Positions 38,686 through 52,500 of a stretch of 58,044 nucleotides of DNA are shown here, piece after piece. Below the pieces are notes generated by a model. The model saw only the letters and a list, made by a program, of their open reading frames with translations. It did not search any database and was not told where the DNA came from. This DNA comes from Candidatus Alloenteromonas pullicola (GTDB lineage Bacteria; Bacillota_I; Bacilli_A; RFN20; CAG-826): positions 1-58,044 of the forward strand of contig DVMV01000014.1 in assembly GCA_018714785.1 (NCBI GenBank), in the 5' to 3' direction. Each line of letters starts with the position of its first letter. Within the stretch, counting starts at the first letter, position 1. Both the position numbers and the translations under genes were made by a program.

Positions 38686-39192
38686 ATGGTCATGCTTTTT
38701 CTCGTTTTCTCGGATCTGCACGGCTCGTTGTCGGGGCTTGATAGGCTAAAAAGGGCGATCGAGGCCTTCTCGCCGGACGCCTTGATCGACTTAGGGGATT
38801 CCTTCCGCGGGGCCTTCGATTCGGATTCCTCCTCGGTGGCGGAGTTCCTTTCCTCCTCTAGCGCGCCGACCATCTTCATCAAGGGCAACTGCGACTTCGA
38901 CTCCGACGGTTACCGGGTCGGGGCATTGCTGCAGGAAGGCCTCGACATAACGCTGTTTGGAAAAGCTTTCCACCTATCCCACAAGCCACCCACCAAGCTC
39001 GGCTACCAGGGATACCTATTCGGCCACACCCACCGGAAGAGCCTATACGCGGACGGCGGGGCGGTCTTCTGCAATCCGGGCTCTATCGCCCTCCCTAGAG
39101 ACGGGAAGGAATCGTTCGCCTTGATGGACGAGTCCGGGATAAGGCTTTTGGACGCGACCGACCTGCAGGAGCTCGAGCGCCTCGACTTCTAG
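38686..39192 (+). CDS. YfcE/MJ0936-type metallophosphoesterase
   Basis: 168 aa; motifs SDLHG, LGD, GNCD, SH, GHTH. The true start is possibly the second ATG at 38692 (leaderless; see findings). Confidence 0.85.
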   Translation: MVMLFLVFSDLHGSLSGLDRLKRAIEAFSPDALIDLGDSFRGAFDSDSSSVAEFLSSSSAPTIFIKGNCDFDSDGYRVGALLQEGLDITLFGKAFHLSHKPPTKLGYQGYLFGHTHRKSLYADGGAVFCNPGSIALPRDGKESFALMDESGIRLLDATDLQELERLDF

Positions 39193-39200
39193 GATAGGTA

Positions 39201-39288
39201 AATATGAATGTTTTTTCATATTGCCTATTGAAAGTATGAATACCAATTCATATAATGTCCCCGTTGAATATGAAGAAACGTTCATATT
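39201..39288 (+). promoter_or_regulatory. Promoter plus three palindromic ArsR/SmtB-type operators
   Basis: The promoter is TTGAAA (39228-39233), a 17-nt spacer, then TATAAT (39251-39256). The three operators are AATATGAA-N6-TTCATATT (39201-39222), TATGAA-N6-TTCATA (39235-39252, inside the spacer) and AATATGAA-N6-TTCATATT (39267-39288, between the -10 and the RBS). Confidence 0.75.
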
Positions 39289-39302
39289 TCAGGAGGTAGC
39301 CT

Positions 39303-39599
39303 ATGCCTAACATGCCATCGGAGAAGATACTCGACAAGATGGAGAACATGCTCAACATCGCCAGCGACTCGACCCGGCTCAAGATCATGTATTCCCTTTC
39401 CTTGGGTGAGAAGAGCGTGGGGGAGATCGTCAAGGAAGTGGGGGCAAGCCAGTCGCTGGTGTCCCATCAGCTGCAGGTCCTGCGCAAAGCAAACCTCGTG
39501 AGCACCAGGAAGGAGAGGACCTCGGTCTACTACTCGCTTTCCGATGAGCACGTAGTGAAGCTGCTCAACCTCGTCGAAGAGCACGTCAAGGAGAAGTGA
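39303..39599 (+). CDS. ArsR/SmtB family metalloregulator, alpha5-site (CzrA/SmtB-like), cysteine-free
   Basis: 98 aa; wHTH ...SVGEIVKEVGASQSLVSHQLQVLRKANLV...; C-terminal DEH-x10-H-x2-E ligand pattern (SDEHVVKLLNLVEEHVKE). Confidence 0.88.
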   Translation: MPNMPSEKILDKMENMLNIASDSTRLKIMYSLSLGEKSVGEIVKEVGASQSLVSHQLQVLRKANLVSTRKERTSVYYSLSDEHVVKLLNLVEEHVKEK

Positions 39600-41500
39600 T
39601 GATGGAGGAGAAAGAGAACCGCAGGAAGGAGGCCGCCATCCTTTTCACTAGGGTCGGCCTCTCCGTCGCATTGTTGCTGCTAGGCACGCTTTACCTAAAC
39701 GAGGACAACTTTCCCTGGTACGCCAACCTGATCGTGATGCTGGCGAGCTACCTAATCATCGCCTACGACGTCATCTTCAAGGCGTTCCGCCTTACCTTTG
39801 CGGGGAAAGACCCCTTCAATGAATGCACCTTGATGGTGCTTGCCTCATTCGGGGCCTTCGCCCTTCGCGCCTTCGGCAAGGACGAGAACGAGTACCTCGA
39901 AGGCGTGCTGGTCATATTGCTCTATCAGATAGGCGAATTCTTCCAAGACCTAGCCGAGGACAAGTCGAAGGATGCGATAACCAAGGCCATCGACCTCCGA
40001 AAGGAGAAGGCCAAGGTCCCGGTCGACGGCAAGCTGCTGGAGAAGGACGCCGAGGACATCGTCCCCGGCGACGTGCTGCTGATTTCCAGCGGCTCGAAAG
40101 TCCTTTGCGATGGCGCGATCGTGGCGGGGGAGGCGATGGTCGATGAGTCGTCGCTGACCGGCGAGTTCGTGCCGGTGGCGAAGGCGGAGGGCGACGATAT
40201 CACCTCGGGCACCATGGTATTGGAGGGCTACGTCGAGGTCGTGGCCTCGAGGGCCTATTCTGACTCGACGGTTGCCAAATTGCTGGAGCTCGTGACCTCA
40301 TCGGCGGAGAAGAAATCCAAGGCCACCCGCTTCATCTCGAGGTTCTCGCGTTACTACACCCCGATTGTCATGGCCCTGGCGATAATGGTGGCGGTGCTGC
40401 CGCCGCTGTTCCTTGGCATCGCCGACGGCGACGTCTGGGCGAGGTGGATCTACGCCGCGCTCAGCTTCCTGATCGTCTCCTGCCCCTGCGCGGTGGTCAT
40501 CTCGGTCCCCTTGGCCTATTTCTCTGGCCTTGGCCTGGCCTCGAGGAGCGGCGTCCTGGTCAAGGGGGCGGCCTACTTCGACCAGCTGAACTCGCTCTAC
40601 GCGGTGGCCTTCGACAAGACCGGCACCCTGACCGAGGGGCGATTCAAGCTGCTATCCTGCCACCCCGAGGGGATATCGGAATCGGAGTTCCTTGAATACG
40701 CCGCCGCCTCCGAGGCGATATCAAACCACCCGATCGCCGCCTGCTTGAAGTCACTTTCCCCATTCGACCAGTCGCAGGTATCGTCTGCCGTCGATTTGGC
40801 AGGCGATGGGGTCAAGGCCGTCTACAAAGGCCATGAGGTGTTCGCCGGCAAGGCCAAGGAAGGCGATTCGCCAAAAGAGGAAGGCACCGCCGTCTCGCTA
40901 TACATCGACGGCGAATACCGCGGCTACTGCCTTCTGGGCGATCAGGCCAAGCCAAACGCGAAGCAGGCCATATCCGAGCTCAACCGTCGGGGCATACTGA
41001 CCTGCATGTTCTCCGGCGATAGGAAGGAGCACGCCGAGCAGATGGCTTCTAGCCTTGGGCTGAAGGTGGTCCAGGGCGGCCTCACCCCCGAGCAGAAGAC
41101 CGAGGCCCTCAAGGAGCTCATCGCCAAGAAGAAGGGCACCGTGGCCTTCGTCGGCGACGGCATCAACGACGCGCCCTCCATCGCCTTGTCCGACGTCGGC
41201 ATCGCCATGGGCGGATTGGGATCCGACGCCGCGGTGGCCAACGCCGACTGCGTCATCCTCAACGACGACCCCAAGAAGATAATCACCTTGCTCCGCGTCG
41301 CCAAGAAGACCAAGAACCGGGCCTCGTTCAACATCCTAGCCTCGCTGGGGGTGAAGGGCATAGTAATGGCCTTATCGATCGCCGCCTCGGCCACCGGGGC
41401 CTTCTCGATGCCGATCGCCGTCTCGGTGTTCGCCGATTCCGGATTGGCGCTGCTGATGATCCTCAGTTCGCTGCTGCTGGGATTTGAGAAGGTGAAGTAG
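39599..41500 (+). CDS. P1B-2-type heavy-metal (Zn/Cd/Pb-class) translocating ATPase without an N-terminal metal-binding domain
   Basis: About 633 aa (possible starts are GTG 39596, ATG 39599 and ATG 39602). Motifs: CPCAVVISVP (CPCx4SxP), DKTGTLT, GDGINDAP, Nx7K (NILASLGVK) and DSG in the last TM. Confidence 0.92.
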   Translation: MMEEKENRRKEAAILFTRVGLSVALLLLGTLYLNEDNFPWYANLIVMLASYLIIAYDVIFKAFRLTFAGKDPFNECTLMVLASFGAFALRAFGKDENEYLEGVLVILLYQIGEFFQDLAEDKSKDAITKAIDLRKEKAKVPVDGKLLEKDAEDIVPGDVLLISSGSKVLCDGAIVAGEAMVDESSLTGEFVPVAKAEGDDITSGTMVLEGYVEVVASRAYSDSTVAKLLELVTSSAEKKSKATRFISRFSRYYTPIVMALAIMVAVLPPLFLGIADGDVWARWIYAALSFLIVSCPCAVVISVPLAYFSGLGLASRSGVLVKGAAYFDQLNSLYAVAFDKTGTLTEGRFKLLSCHPEGISESEFLEYAAASEAISNHPIAACLKSLSPFDQSQVSSAVDLAGDGVKAVYKGHEVFAGKAKEGDSPKEEGTAVSLYIDGEYRGYCLLGDQAKPNAKQAISELNRRGILTCMFSGDRKEHAEQMASSLGLKVVQGGLTPEQKTEALKELIAKKKGTVAFVGDGINDAPSIALSDVGIAMGGLGSDAAVANADCVILNDDPKKIITLLRVAKKTKNRASFNILASLGVKGIVMALSIAASATGAFSMPIAVSVFADSGLALLMILSSLLLGFEKVK

Positions 41501-41509
41501 GGCGAAATG

Positions 41510-41552
41510 GCCCGTCAACCCAAAGAATAATCTGGTTGGCGGGCTTTCTTTT
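41510..41552 (+). terminator. Rho-independent terminator after the metal ATPase
   Basis: GCCCGTCAACC (41510-41520) pairs with GGTTGGCGGGC (41534-41544, one G-U), followed by TTTCTTTT. Confidence 0.65.
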
Positions 41553-41822
41553 ATAGGCAAAGATATTCGATATTTGCCAAAGCGGATCACGATTTGCGGG
41601 GCATTTCCAAAACGCGACGTCTAGAAAAAACCATTAGATACAAACGTCAATTGAAAACGAAGACGCGGCGCAGGCTGGCAACCGACATCAAAAAAGGTCT
41701 TTACTTTCCCGATTGCCTACGCGTATCATACACGAGCGCATTATTCGTGCGCTTTATGCGTGGGAGGGCATGACGAAGCCCGCTAACCACTGCATGCAAA
41801 CCATCCAAACAAGGAGGAAAAC

Positions 41823-42233
41823 ATGAGCAAGAAAATCGTCAAAGTCGTCAAGATGGAGCTCCCCGGCGGAGAGGCCCATCCCGGACCGAAGCTCGCTTCT
41901 GCCGGAGTCGTGATGAACAAGTTCTGCACCGACTTCAACGCCAAGACCGGCGACAGGCGCGGCGAGACCGTCCCCGTCATCATCACCGCCTACGAAGACA
42001 AGTCCTACGACTTCGTCATCAAGACCAGCCCGGTCGCTGAGAGGATCCTCAAGGCCGCTGGCATCAAGAAGGGATCGGGCAACGCCAAGACCATCGTCGG
42101 GCACATCAGCCAGGCCCAGCTCGAGGAGATTGCCAAGTACAAGCTCCCCGACTTCAACACCGAGGACGTAGAGGCCGCAAAGAAGATCGTCGCCGGCACC
42201 TGCCGTCAGATGGGCATCGCCATCGACAAGTAA
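41823..42233 (+). CDS. rplK: 50S ribosomal protein L11
   Basis: 136 aa; ...VVKMELPGGEAHPGPKLASAG... Confidence 0.97.
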   Translation: MSKKIVKVVKMELPGGEAHPGPKLASAGVVMNKFCTDFNAKTGDRRGETVPVIITAYEDKSYDFVIKTSPVAERILKAAGIKKGSGNAKTIVGHISQAQLEEIAKYKLPDFNTEDVEAAKKIVAGTCRQMGIAIDK

Positions 42234-42244
42234 GGAGAGCAGCA

Positions 42245-42937
42245 ATGAAGAAGTACAGCAAGAAATACACCGCAGCCCTCGCCAAGGTCGATGCCAAGAA
42301 GATCTACGACCTAGCCGAGGCCGTTAAGCTGGTCAAGGAAACCAGCGTCACCAAGTTCGACGCCTCGGTCGACGTCAGCTTCAACCTCAACGTCAACCCG
42401 ACCCTAGCCGATCAGCTGATCAGGGGCACCATCACCCTCCCGCACGGCAACGGCAAGACCAAGAAGGTCCTCGTCGTCACCAACACCAAGATCGAGGAAG
42501 CCAAGGAAGCCGGAGCCGACTTCGTTGGCGGCAAGGATATGCTCGAGAAGATCCAGCGCGAGAACTGGTTCGGATTCGACGTCATCGTCGCCACCCCGGA
42601 CATGATGGGCGAACTCGGGAAGATGGGCCGTCTGCTCGGCCCCAAGGGCTTGATGCCTAACCCGAAGACCGGCACCGTCACCATGGACGTCAAAGGCGCC
42701 GTCATCGACATCAAGAAGGGCAAGATCGCCTACCGCGTCGACCGCGATGGCAACCTCTCCATGCCGATCGCCAAGGTCTCCTTCTCCGATGCGGACCTCC
42801 TCGACAACCTGACCGCCGTCTGCGATCACATCGCCAAGAGCCGCCCGTCCACCGTCAAGGGCACCTTCATCATCACCGCCGCCATCTCCACCACCATGGG
42901 CCCGGCGGTCCAGATCAGCTTCCCTGGTCGCAACTAA
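42245..42937 (+). CDS. rplA: 50S ribosomal protein L1
   Basis: 230 aa; ...FDASVDVSFNLNVNP...GTITLPHGNGK... Confidence 0.97.
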   Translation: MKKYSKKYTAALAKVDAKKIYDLAEAVKLVKETSVTKFDASVDVSFNLNVNPTLADQLIRGTITLPHGNGKTKKVLVVTNTKIEEAKEAGADFVGGKDMLEKIQRENWFGFDVIVATPDMMGELGKMGRLLGPKGLMPNPKTGTVTMDVKGAVIDIKKGKIAYRVDRDGNLSMPIAKVSFSDADLLDNLTAVCDHIAKSRPSTVKGTFIITAAISTTMGPAVQISFPGRN

Positions 42938-43076
42938 TTCCTAGGTGAATCGCTTCGTATACCTAAGATAGCCGGGGGCAAGTGCCTTAAAAGTCCACCC
43001 TGCTGAGGTAGCATTCACAAATACCCGCTAGTTATATTGAAGCTTCACATATACAACAAGGAAAGGAGGTAGAAAC
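42938..43076 (+). promoter_or_regulatory. Candidate L10 (rplJ) leader RNA
   Basis: A 139-nt structured spacer in front of rplJ, matching the position and size of the Firmicute L10 leader. I could not verify the fold by eye. Confidence 0.4.
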
Positions 43077-43589
43077 ATGAATCAGCAAGCGCTGCAGCAA
43101 AAGAAAGACGCGGTCAAAGCCATCAAGGAATCCTTTGACAAGTCCGCGTCCTTGACGGTCGTCTCCTATCAGGGGCTAACCGTCGCCGAATTGCAGGAGC
43201 TACGCCGCAAACTCGAAGAAGTCGGAGCCACCATCACCGTTTACAAGAACACGATGGTGCGCCGCGCCCTCTCTGAGGAAGGCGCCCCCGACCTTGGCGA
43301 TCTGCTAAACGGCCCGAATGGATTCGTCTTCTCCGAAGATCTGTCCAAAGGCCCGAAGGCCCTCACCAAGTTTGCCCGCCACCACGAGAAACTCGTCATC
43401 AAAGGCGGGGTCGCCGAGGGACAGGTCCTCGATGCCGGCAAGGTCAAAGAGATCTCCAAGCTCCCCGACAAGAACGGCCTACTCGCCATGTTCCTATCGT
43501 GCTTGAATGCACCCGTCACCAGCTTCGCCGCCACCGTCCAGGCGATCGCGGACAAAGCTTCACCGGCCACCGAGGCCAGCTCTAATTAG
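43077..43589 (+). CDS. rplJ: 50S ribosomal protein L10
   Basis: 170 aa; synteny rplA-rplJ-rplL. Confidence 0.96.
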   Translation: MNQQALQQKKDAVKAIKESFDKSASLTVVSYQGLTVAELQELRRKLEEVGATITVYKNTMVRRALSEEGAPDLGDLLNGPNGFVFSEDLSKGPKALTKFARHHEKLVIKGGVAEGQVLDAGKVKEISKLPDKNGLLAMFLSCLNAPVTSFAATVQAIADKASPATEASSN

Positions 43590-43601
43590 GAGGAAAAATC
43601 A

Positions 43602-43982
43602 ATGGCTAAGCTAACCAAAGAAGAAATCATCGCCTCTTTGAAGGAATACACCGTCCTCGAGCTCAACGAGCTCGTCAAGGCCGTCGAAGAGGAATTCGGC
43701 GTCACCGCCGCGGCCCCCGTCGCCGCTGCCGCCCCCGCCGAGGAAGAGGGCCCGGTCGCCAAAGGACCGACCGAGGTCTCCCTCATCCTCAAGGGCCTTG
43801 GATCTGGTTCCAAGGTTGCCATCATCAAAGCCGTCCAGGCCATCACCGGCCTCGGCCTGATGGATGCCAAGAAGCTCGTCGATGCCATCCCGGCTCCGGT
43901 CAAGGAGCACATCTCGCCCGTCGAGGCCGAGGAGCACAAGAAGGCCCTCGTCGCCGCCGGCGCCGAAGTCGAGATCAAGTAA
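43602..43982 (+). CDS. rplL: 50S ribosomal protein L7/L12
   Basis: 126 aa; Ala/Pro hinge, then ...[24 protein letters not shown]... Confidence 0.98.
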   Translation: MAKLTKEEIIASLKEYTVLELNELVKAVEEEFGVTAAAPVAAAAPAEEEGPVAKGPTEVSLILKGLGSGSKVAIIKAVQAITGLGLMDAKKLVDAIPAPVKEHISPVEAEEHKKALVAAGAEVEIK

Positions 43983-44061
43983 TCTCAACCAACACCAACC
44001 ATGCCCGCCCTGGGAGGGAAACCCCCTGGGGTGGGTTATTGCGCATTAATCAAGGTAACCA

Positions 44062-44661
44062 ATGTCACGCTACTTCGACAACGATCCGAGCCTTCCCCAC
44101 GAGGACTGCTCCTATAGCTTCGAGATAGCGTCTCGGCGGTTCACCATCTCATCCGATTCAGGGGTCTTCTCCAAAGGTGGCCTTGATGATGGTAGCAGAT
44201 TGCTGCTTGAAACCATCGTCAAGACCGATCTTGGGACGAACATACTCGACCTCGGATGCGGGATCGGCCCGATAGGGCTGGTCCTCGCCTGCTTCGACCC
44301 GAAAAGGCACGTCGTATTGGCCGACGTCAACCTGCGGGCGCTGCAGAAGGCGAAGGAGAACGCCGCCGCCCTTGGCGTGGAAAGCCAAGTGGAAGTGGTG
44401 GAATCCGACGTCTATTCGTCGTTAGAGAAGCAGACCTTCTCCACCATTGTGACCAACCCGCCCATCCGGGCCGGGAAGAAGGTCACATACGCGATGTACG
44501 CGGGCGCGCTCAGCCATCTTAATGAAGGTGGCCGATTGATCCTAGTCATCCGTAAGCAGCAAGGCGCCTCGTCTTGCAAAGCCTACCTGGAAAGCCTCTA
44601 CTCCAAAGTGGAGCTGGCCGCCCAGAAGAAGGGATATCGCATCCTCATCGCGACAAAGTAA
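44062..44661 (+). CDS. Class I SAM-dependent methyltransferase (YbxB/RsmC-like)
   Basis: 199 aa; DLGCGIGPIG and TNPPIRAGKK motifs; same position as Bacillus ybxB, between rplL and rpoB. Confidence 0.85.
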   Translation: MSRYFDNDPSLPHEDCSYSFEIASRRFTISSDSGVFSKGGLDDGSRLLLETIVKTDLGTNILDLGCGIGPIGLVLACFDPKRHVVLADVNLRALQKAKENAAALGVESQVEVVESDVYSSLEKQTFSTIVTNPPIRAGKKVTYAMYAGALSHLNEGGRLILVIRKQQGASSCKAYLESLYSKVELAAQKKGYRILIATK

Positions 44662-44671
44662 GGAGTAAAAA

Positions 44672-47600
44672 ATGCCCGAACAAGACAACATCATCCCCAA
44701 CACCCATTACGTCTCGCCCGACGGCAAGGAATACCCCGTTGGGCTAAACGGCCGCATCGACTTCTCCAAGATCAGCGGCCACCTCGACCTGCCCAACCTC
44801 GTCGAGATACAGACCAATTCCTACGCGGACTTCGTCAACAAGGGAATCGACGAGGTCTTCAAGGAGGTTTTCCCGATCCTGAACAACGCCGGGAACATCT
44901 CCGTCGAATACGTATCCAGCCGCCTCGAGGACCCGACCTCGACCCCGGCCGAATGCAGGGAGCACTCCAGCGATTATTCAAGCAAGCTGAAGGTGACCCT
45001 CCGCCTGCGCTTCACCGACACCGAGGAGATGAAGGAGAAGGAGCTCTACATGGGCGACCTCCCGAAGATGACCGAATCCGGCACCTTCATCATCAACGGG
45101 GCCGTGCGCGCCGTCATCTCGCAGATCGTCCGTTCCCCGGGCGCCTACTTCAAGGACACCTACGACAAGTCCATCGACGCCCACATCTATAACGGCGAGA
45201 TCACCCCGAACCGCGGCACCTGGCTGCAGTTTGAGACCGACTCGAAGGGCGTCCCCTTCGTCCGCATCGACCGCCAGCGCAAGCTCATCGCCACCGAGTT
45301 CTTCAAGGCCCTTGGCTATGACACCGAGGACGCCCTAATCAAGATCTTCGGCAACTCCGATGCCCTCAAGCTCGCCATCGACAAGGATCAGACCAAGAAC
45401 CAGATCGAGGCCTTGACCGACATCTTCACCAAGCTAAAGCCCGGCGAGCCGTACACCACCGATGGGCTTTTCGGCTTCATCGCCAGCAAGTTCTTCAACG
45501 ACAAGCAGTACGACCTCGGCAGGGCGGGGCGCTTCAAATACACCCAGAAGCTCGGCCTCTACGAGAGGATGGTCGGCGTCACCTTGGCCGAGACCCTCGA
45601 CGACGAGGCCACCGGCGAGATCGTCTTCCCCGAAGGCCACAAGCTCACCAAGGAAGACGTCGAGCACCTGCGCGACATCGAGTACTTCGAAAACGGCAAC
45701 AAGGCCGTCACCTTGAAGTCCAACCAGAAGCTCGACGAGCACACCACCGTGAACATCGTCCGGGTCTACACCACCTCGAAGTCCGGCGAGAAGGTCGTCC
45801 GCAATTTGGTCGGCACCGACACCAATCTCACCATCGACCGCGTCACCGTCTCCGACATGGTCGCCTGCTTCTCATACTTCCTAAATGTCATGGATGGCAT
45901 CGGAAACACCGATGACATCGACCATTTGGGCAACCGGCGCGTCCGCTGCGTCGGGGAGCTTCTCCAGAACCAGTTCCGCGTCGGCCTCGCCAAGATGGCC
46001 AAGACCATCCAGCAGAAGCTGACCGTCTCCGATTCGAGCCTGACCGTCCAGCAGGTGGTCAACGTCCGCCCGCTGCGCACCGCGATCAGGGAGTTCTTCT
46101 CCACCTCGAACCTCTCGCAGTTCATGGACCAGGTCAACCCGCTGGCCGAGCTGACCAACAAGCGCCGCATCTCGGCCCTCGGCCCCGGCGGGCTTACCCG
46201 CGATCGCGCCTCCATCGAGGTCCGCGACGTCCACTACACCCATTACGGCCGCCTCTGCCCGATCGAATCGCCTGAAGGCCAGAACATCGGCCTCATCAAC
46301 TACCTCTGCTGCTACGCCAAGGTCAACGACCGCGGTTTCATCATGACCCCGTACCGCGCCGTCTACCACGTCGGCGAGAAGGCCTACGTCTCCGATTCCG
46401 CCTCCGGCTGCCAGTACAAGACCGCCGACGATGAGCGCGGCCTGTTCATCGCCGAGTCCAACATCAACCTCGGCGAGCCGGTGCTCGGCAAGTCCGTCGG
46501 CATCACCGACTGCGAGGACGACGAGTACGTCAAGGAGATCCTCGACGACGAGGTCACCGTGAGGTTCGACGAGGACAACACGATGGTCAGCAAGCAGAAG
46601 GTCGACTTTGTCGACGTCAGCCCGAAGCAGATCGTCTCGATCGGCGCGGCCTGCATTCCTTTCCTCGCCCACGACGACGCGACCCGTGCCCTCATGGGCG
46701 CGAACATGCAGCGCCAGGCCATCCCGCTTCTCCGCCCCTCGATCCCCTACGTCGGGACCGGTATGGAGGCGGTCATCGCCAAAGACTCCGGCGAGGGCGT
46801 CGTCGCCTACGAAGACGGCGTCGTCACCTACGTCGACTCCTCTTCCATCAAGGTCAACGAGGGGGCTTCCATCCGCACCTACGAGCTCGAGAAGTTCCAG
46901 AGCTCGAACCAGGACACCTGCATCAACCAGCTGCCGATCGTCAAGGTCGGCGACTCGATAAAGAAGGGCCAAGTCATCGCCGATGGCCCGGCCATGCGCG
47001 GCGGCGAGCTCGCGCTAGGCCAGAACGTCCTCGTCGCCTACATGACCTGGAACGGCTTCAACTACGAAGACGCCGTCATCATGAGCGAGAGGATGGTCAA
47101 GGACGACACCTTCACCTCGATCCACATCTCCCATTACGACTGCGAGTGCCACGTCGGCAAGCTCGGGTCGGATGAGATCACCCGCGACATCCCCAACGTC
47201 GGCGAGGAGGCCAAGGCCTTCCTCGACGAGCGGGGCATCATCATCCCGGGCGCCGAGGTCAAGGAAGGCGACATCCTAGTCGGCAAAGTGGCCCCGAAGG
47301 GCCAGACCGAGCCGACCCCCGAGGAGAAGCTGCTCATGGCCATCTTCGCCGAGAAGACGAAGGAGGGCAAGGATGAGTCCAAGCGCGTGCCCCACGGCGG
47401 CGCCGGCATCGTCCATGCCGTCAAGATCTTCTCCCGCAAGAACGGCGACACCCTCCCCAACGGCGTCTCCGAGATGGTCCGCGTCTACATCGTGCAGAAG
47501 CGCAAGATCTCCGAGGGCGACAAGATGTCCGGCCGCCACGGCAACAAGGGCGTCATCTCCAAGATCCTCCCGGTCGAGGACATGCCGTTCCTTTCCGATG

Positions 47601-48409
47601 GCACCCCGATCGACATCCTGCTCTCGCCAATGGGCGTCCCGTCCCGTATGAACATCGGGCAGATATTGGAAGTCCACCTCGGCCTCGCCTGCCGCAAGCT
47701 CGGCATGCGCGTCGCCACCCCGGCCTTCGACGGCGTCTCCAACGAGGAGCTGTTCGACATAATGAGGAAAGCGGGGCTAAGCGAGGATGGCAAGACCGTC
47801 CTTTACGACGGCCGCACCGGCGAGCCGTTCGCTGAGCGCATCTCCGTCGGCGTCCAGTACATGATCAAGCTCAACCACATGGTCATCGACAAGCTGCACG
47901 CCCGCGCCACCGGCCCATACGCCTTGGTCACCCAGCAGCCGCTAGGCGGCAAGGCCCAAAACGGCGGCCAGCGCTTCGGCGAGATGGAAGTCTGGGCCCT
48001 CGAGGCCTACGGCGCCGCCCACACCTTGCAGGAGATGCTCACCCTGAAGTCCGACGACCGCGTCGGCCGCAGGCGCACCTACGAGGCCATCATCAAGCAG
48101 AACCCGATCCCGACCCCGGGCATGCCCGAGGCGTTCCGCGTCCTCACCAAAGAGCTCATGGGCCTTGGGCTGAGCGTCACCTTGTTCGACAAGAACGACC
48201 AGCCGATCGACATGGACGAGCTCGTCAGGCGCAACCTCGACGCCGAGCGTCAGGCGTCCCGCGGCATCCGCGAGGCGATGAGCCCGCGCGAGGAGGAGAT
48301 CGACCCGACCGCCACCGTGGCCAAGGAAGACGATCCCCTGCCGAGCTTCGACGAGGAATCCTTAGCTGAGGAGGGACTTTCCATAAAGAACTCCTCGGAT
48401 GAGGAATAA
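44672..48409 (+). CDS. rpoB: DNA-directed RNA polymerase subunit beta
   Basis: 1245 aa; ...[27 protein letters not shown]... and ...[20 protein letters not shown]...; acidic C-terminal tail. Confidence 0.98.
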   Translation: MPEQDNIIPNTHYVSPDGKEYPVGLNGRIDFSKISGHLDLPNLVEIQTNSYADFVNKGIDEVFKEVFPILNNAGNISVEYVSSRLEDPTSTPAECREHSSDYSSKLKVTLRLRFTDTEEMKEKELYMGDLPKMTESGTFIINGAVRAVISQIVRSPGAYFKDTYDKSIDAHIYNGEITPNRGTWLQFETDSKGVPFVRIDRQRKLIATEFFKALGYDTEDALIKIFGNSDALKLAIDKDQTKNQIEALTDIFTKLKPGEPYTTDGLFGFIASKFFNDKQYDLGRAGRFKYTQKLGLYERMVGVTLAETLDDEATGEIVFPEGHKLTKEDVEHLRDIEYFENGNKAVTLKSNQKLDEHTTVNIVRVYTTSKSGEKVVRNLVGTDTNLTIDRVTVSDMVACFSYFLNVMDGIGNTDDIDHLGNRRVRCVGELLQNQFRVGLAKMAKTIQQKLTVSDSSLTVQQVVNVRPLRTAIREFFSTSNLSQFMDQVNPLAELTNKRRISALGPGGLTRDRASIEVRDVHYTHYGRLCPIESPEGQNIGLINYLCCYAKVNDRGFIMTPYRAVYHVGEKAYVSDSASGCQYKTADDERGLFIAESNINLGEPVLGKSVGITDCEDDEYVKEILDDEVTVRFDEDNTMVSKQKVDFVDVSPKQIVSIGAACIPFLAHDDATRALMGANMQRQAIPLLRPSIPYVGTGMEAVIAKDSGEGVVAYEDGVVTYVDSSSIKVNEGASIRTYELEKFQSSNQDTCINQLPIVKVGDSIKKGQVIADGPAMRGGELALGQNVLVAYMTWNGFNYEDAVIMSERMVKDDTFTSIHISHYDCECHVGKLGSDEITRDIPNVGEEAKAFLDERGIIIPGAEVKEGDILVGKVAPKGQTEPTPEEKLLMAIFAEKTKEGKDESKRVPHGGAGIVHAVKIFSRKNGDTLPNGVSEMVRVYIVQKRKISEGDKMSGRHGNKGVISKILPVEDMPFLSDGTPIDILLSPMGVPSRMNIGQILEVHLGLACRKLGMRVATPAFDGVSNEELFDIMRKAGLSEDGKTVLYDGRTGEPFAERISVGVQYMIKLNHMVIDKLHARATGPYALVTQQPLGGKAQNGGQRFGEMEVWALEAYGAAHTLQEMLTLKSDDRVGRRRTYEAIIKQNPIPTPGMPEAFRVLTKELMGLGLSVTLFDKNDQPIDMDELVRRNLDAERQASRGIREAMSPREEEIDPTATVAKEDDPLPSFDEESLAEEGLSIKNSSDEE

Positions 48410-48423
48410 AGGAGGCAATGAAA

Positions 48424-52499
<4,076 letters not shown>

Positions 52500-52500
<1 letters not shown>

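Noticed and set aside
41553-41822. A 270-nt non-coding stretch before rplK, examined for a tRNA, a small RNA, or an L1/L11 leader.
   Set aside because: No cloverleaf or T-loop (GTTCGAATC-like) sequence is present. Only a short hairpin (AGCGCA/TGCGCT) and a weak TTTACT-18-TATCAT promoter candidate were seen, which is not enough to call a feature.
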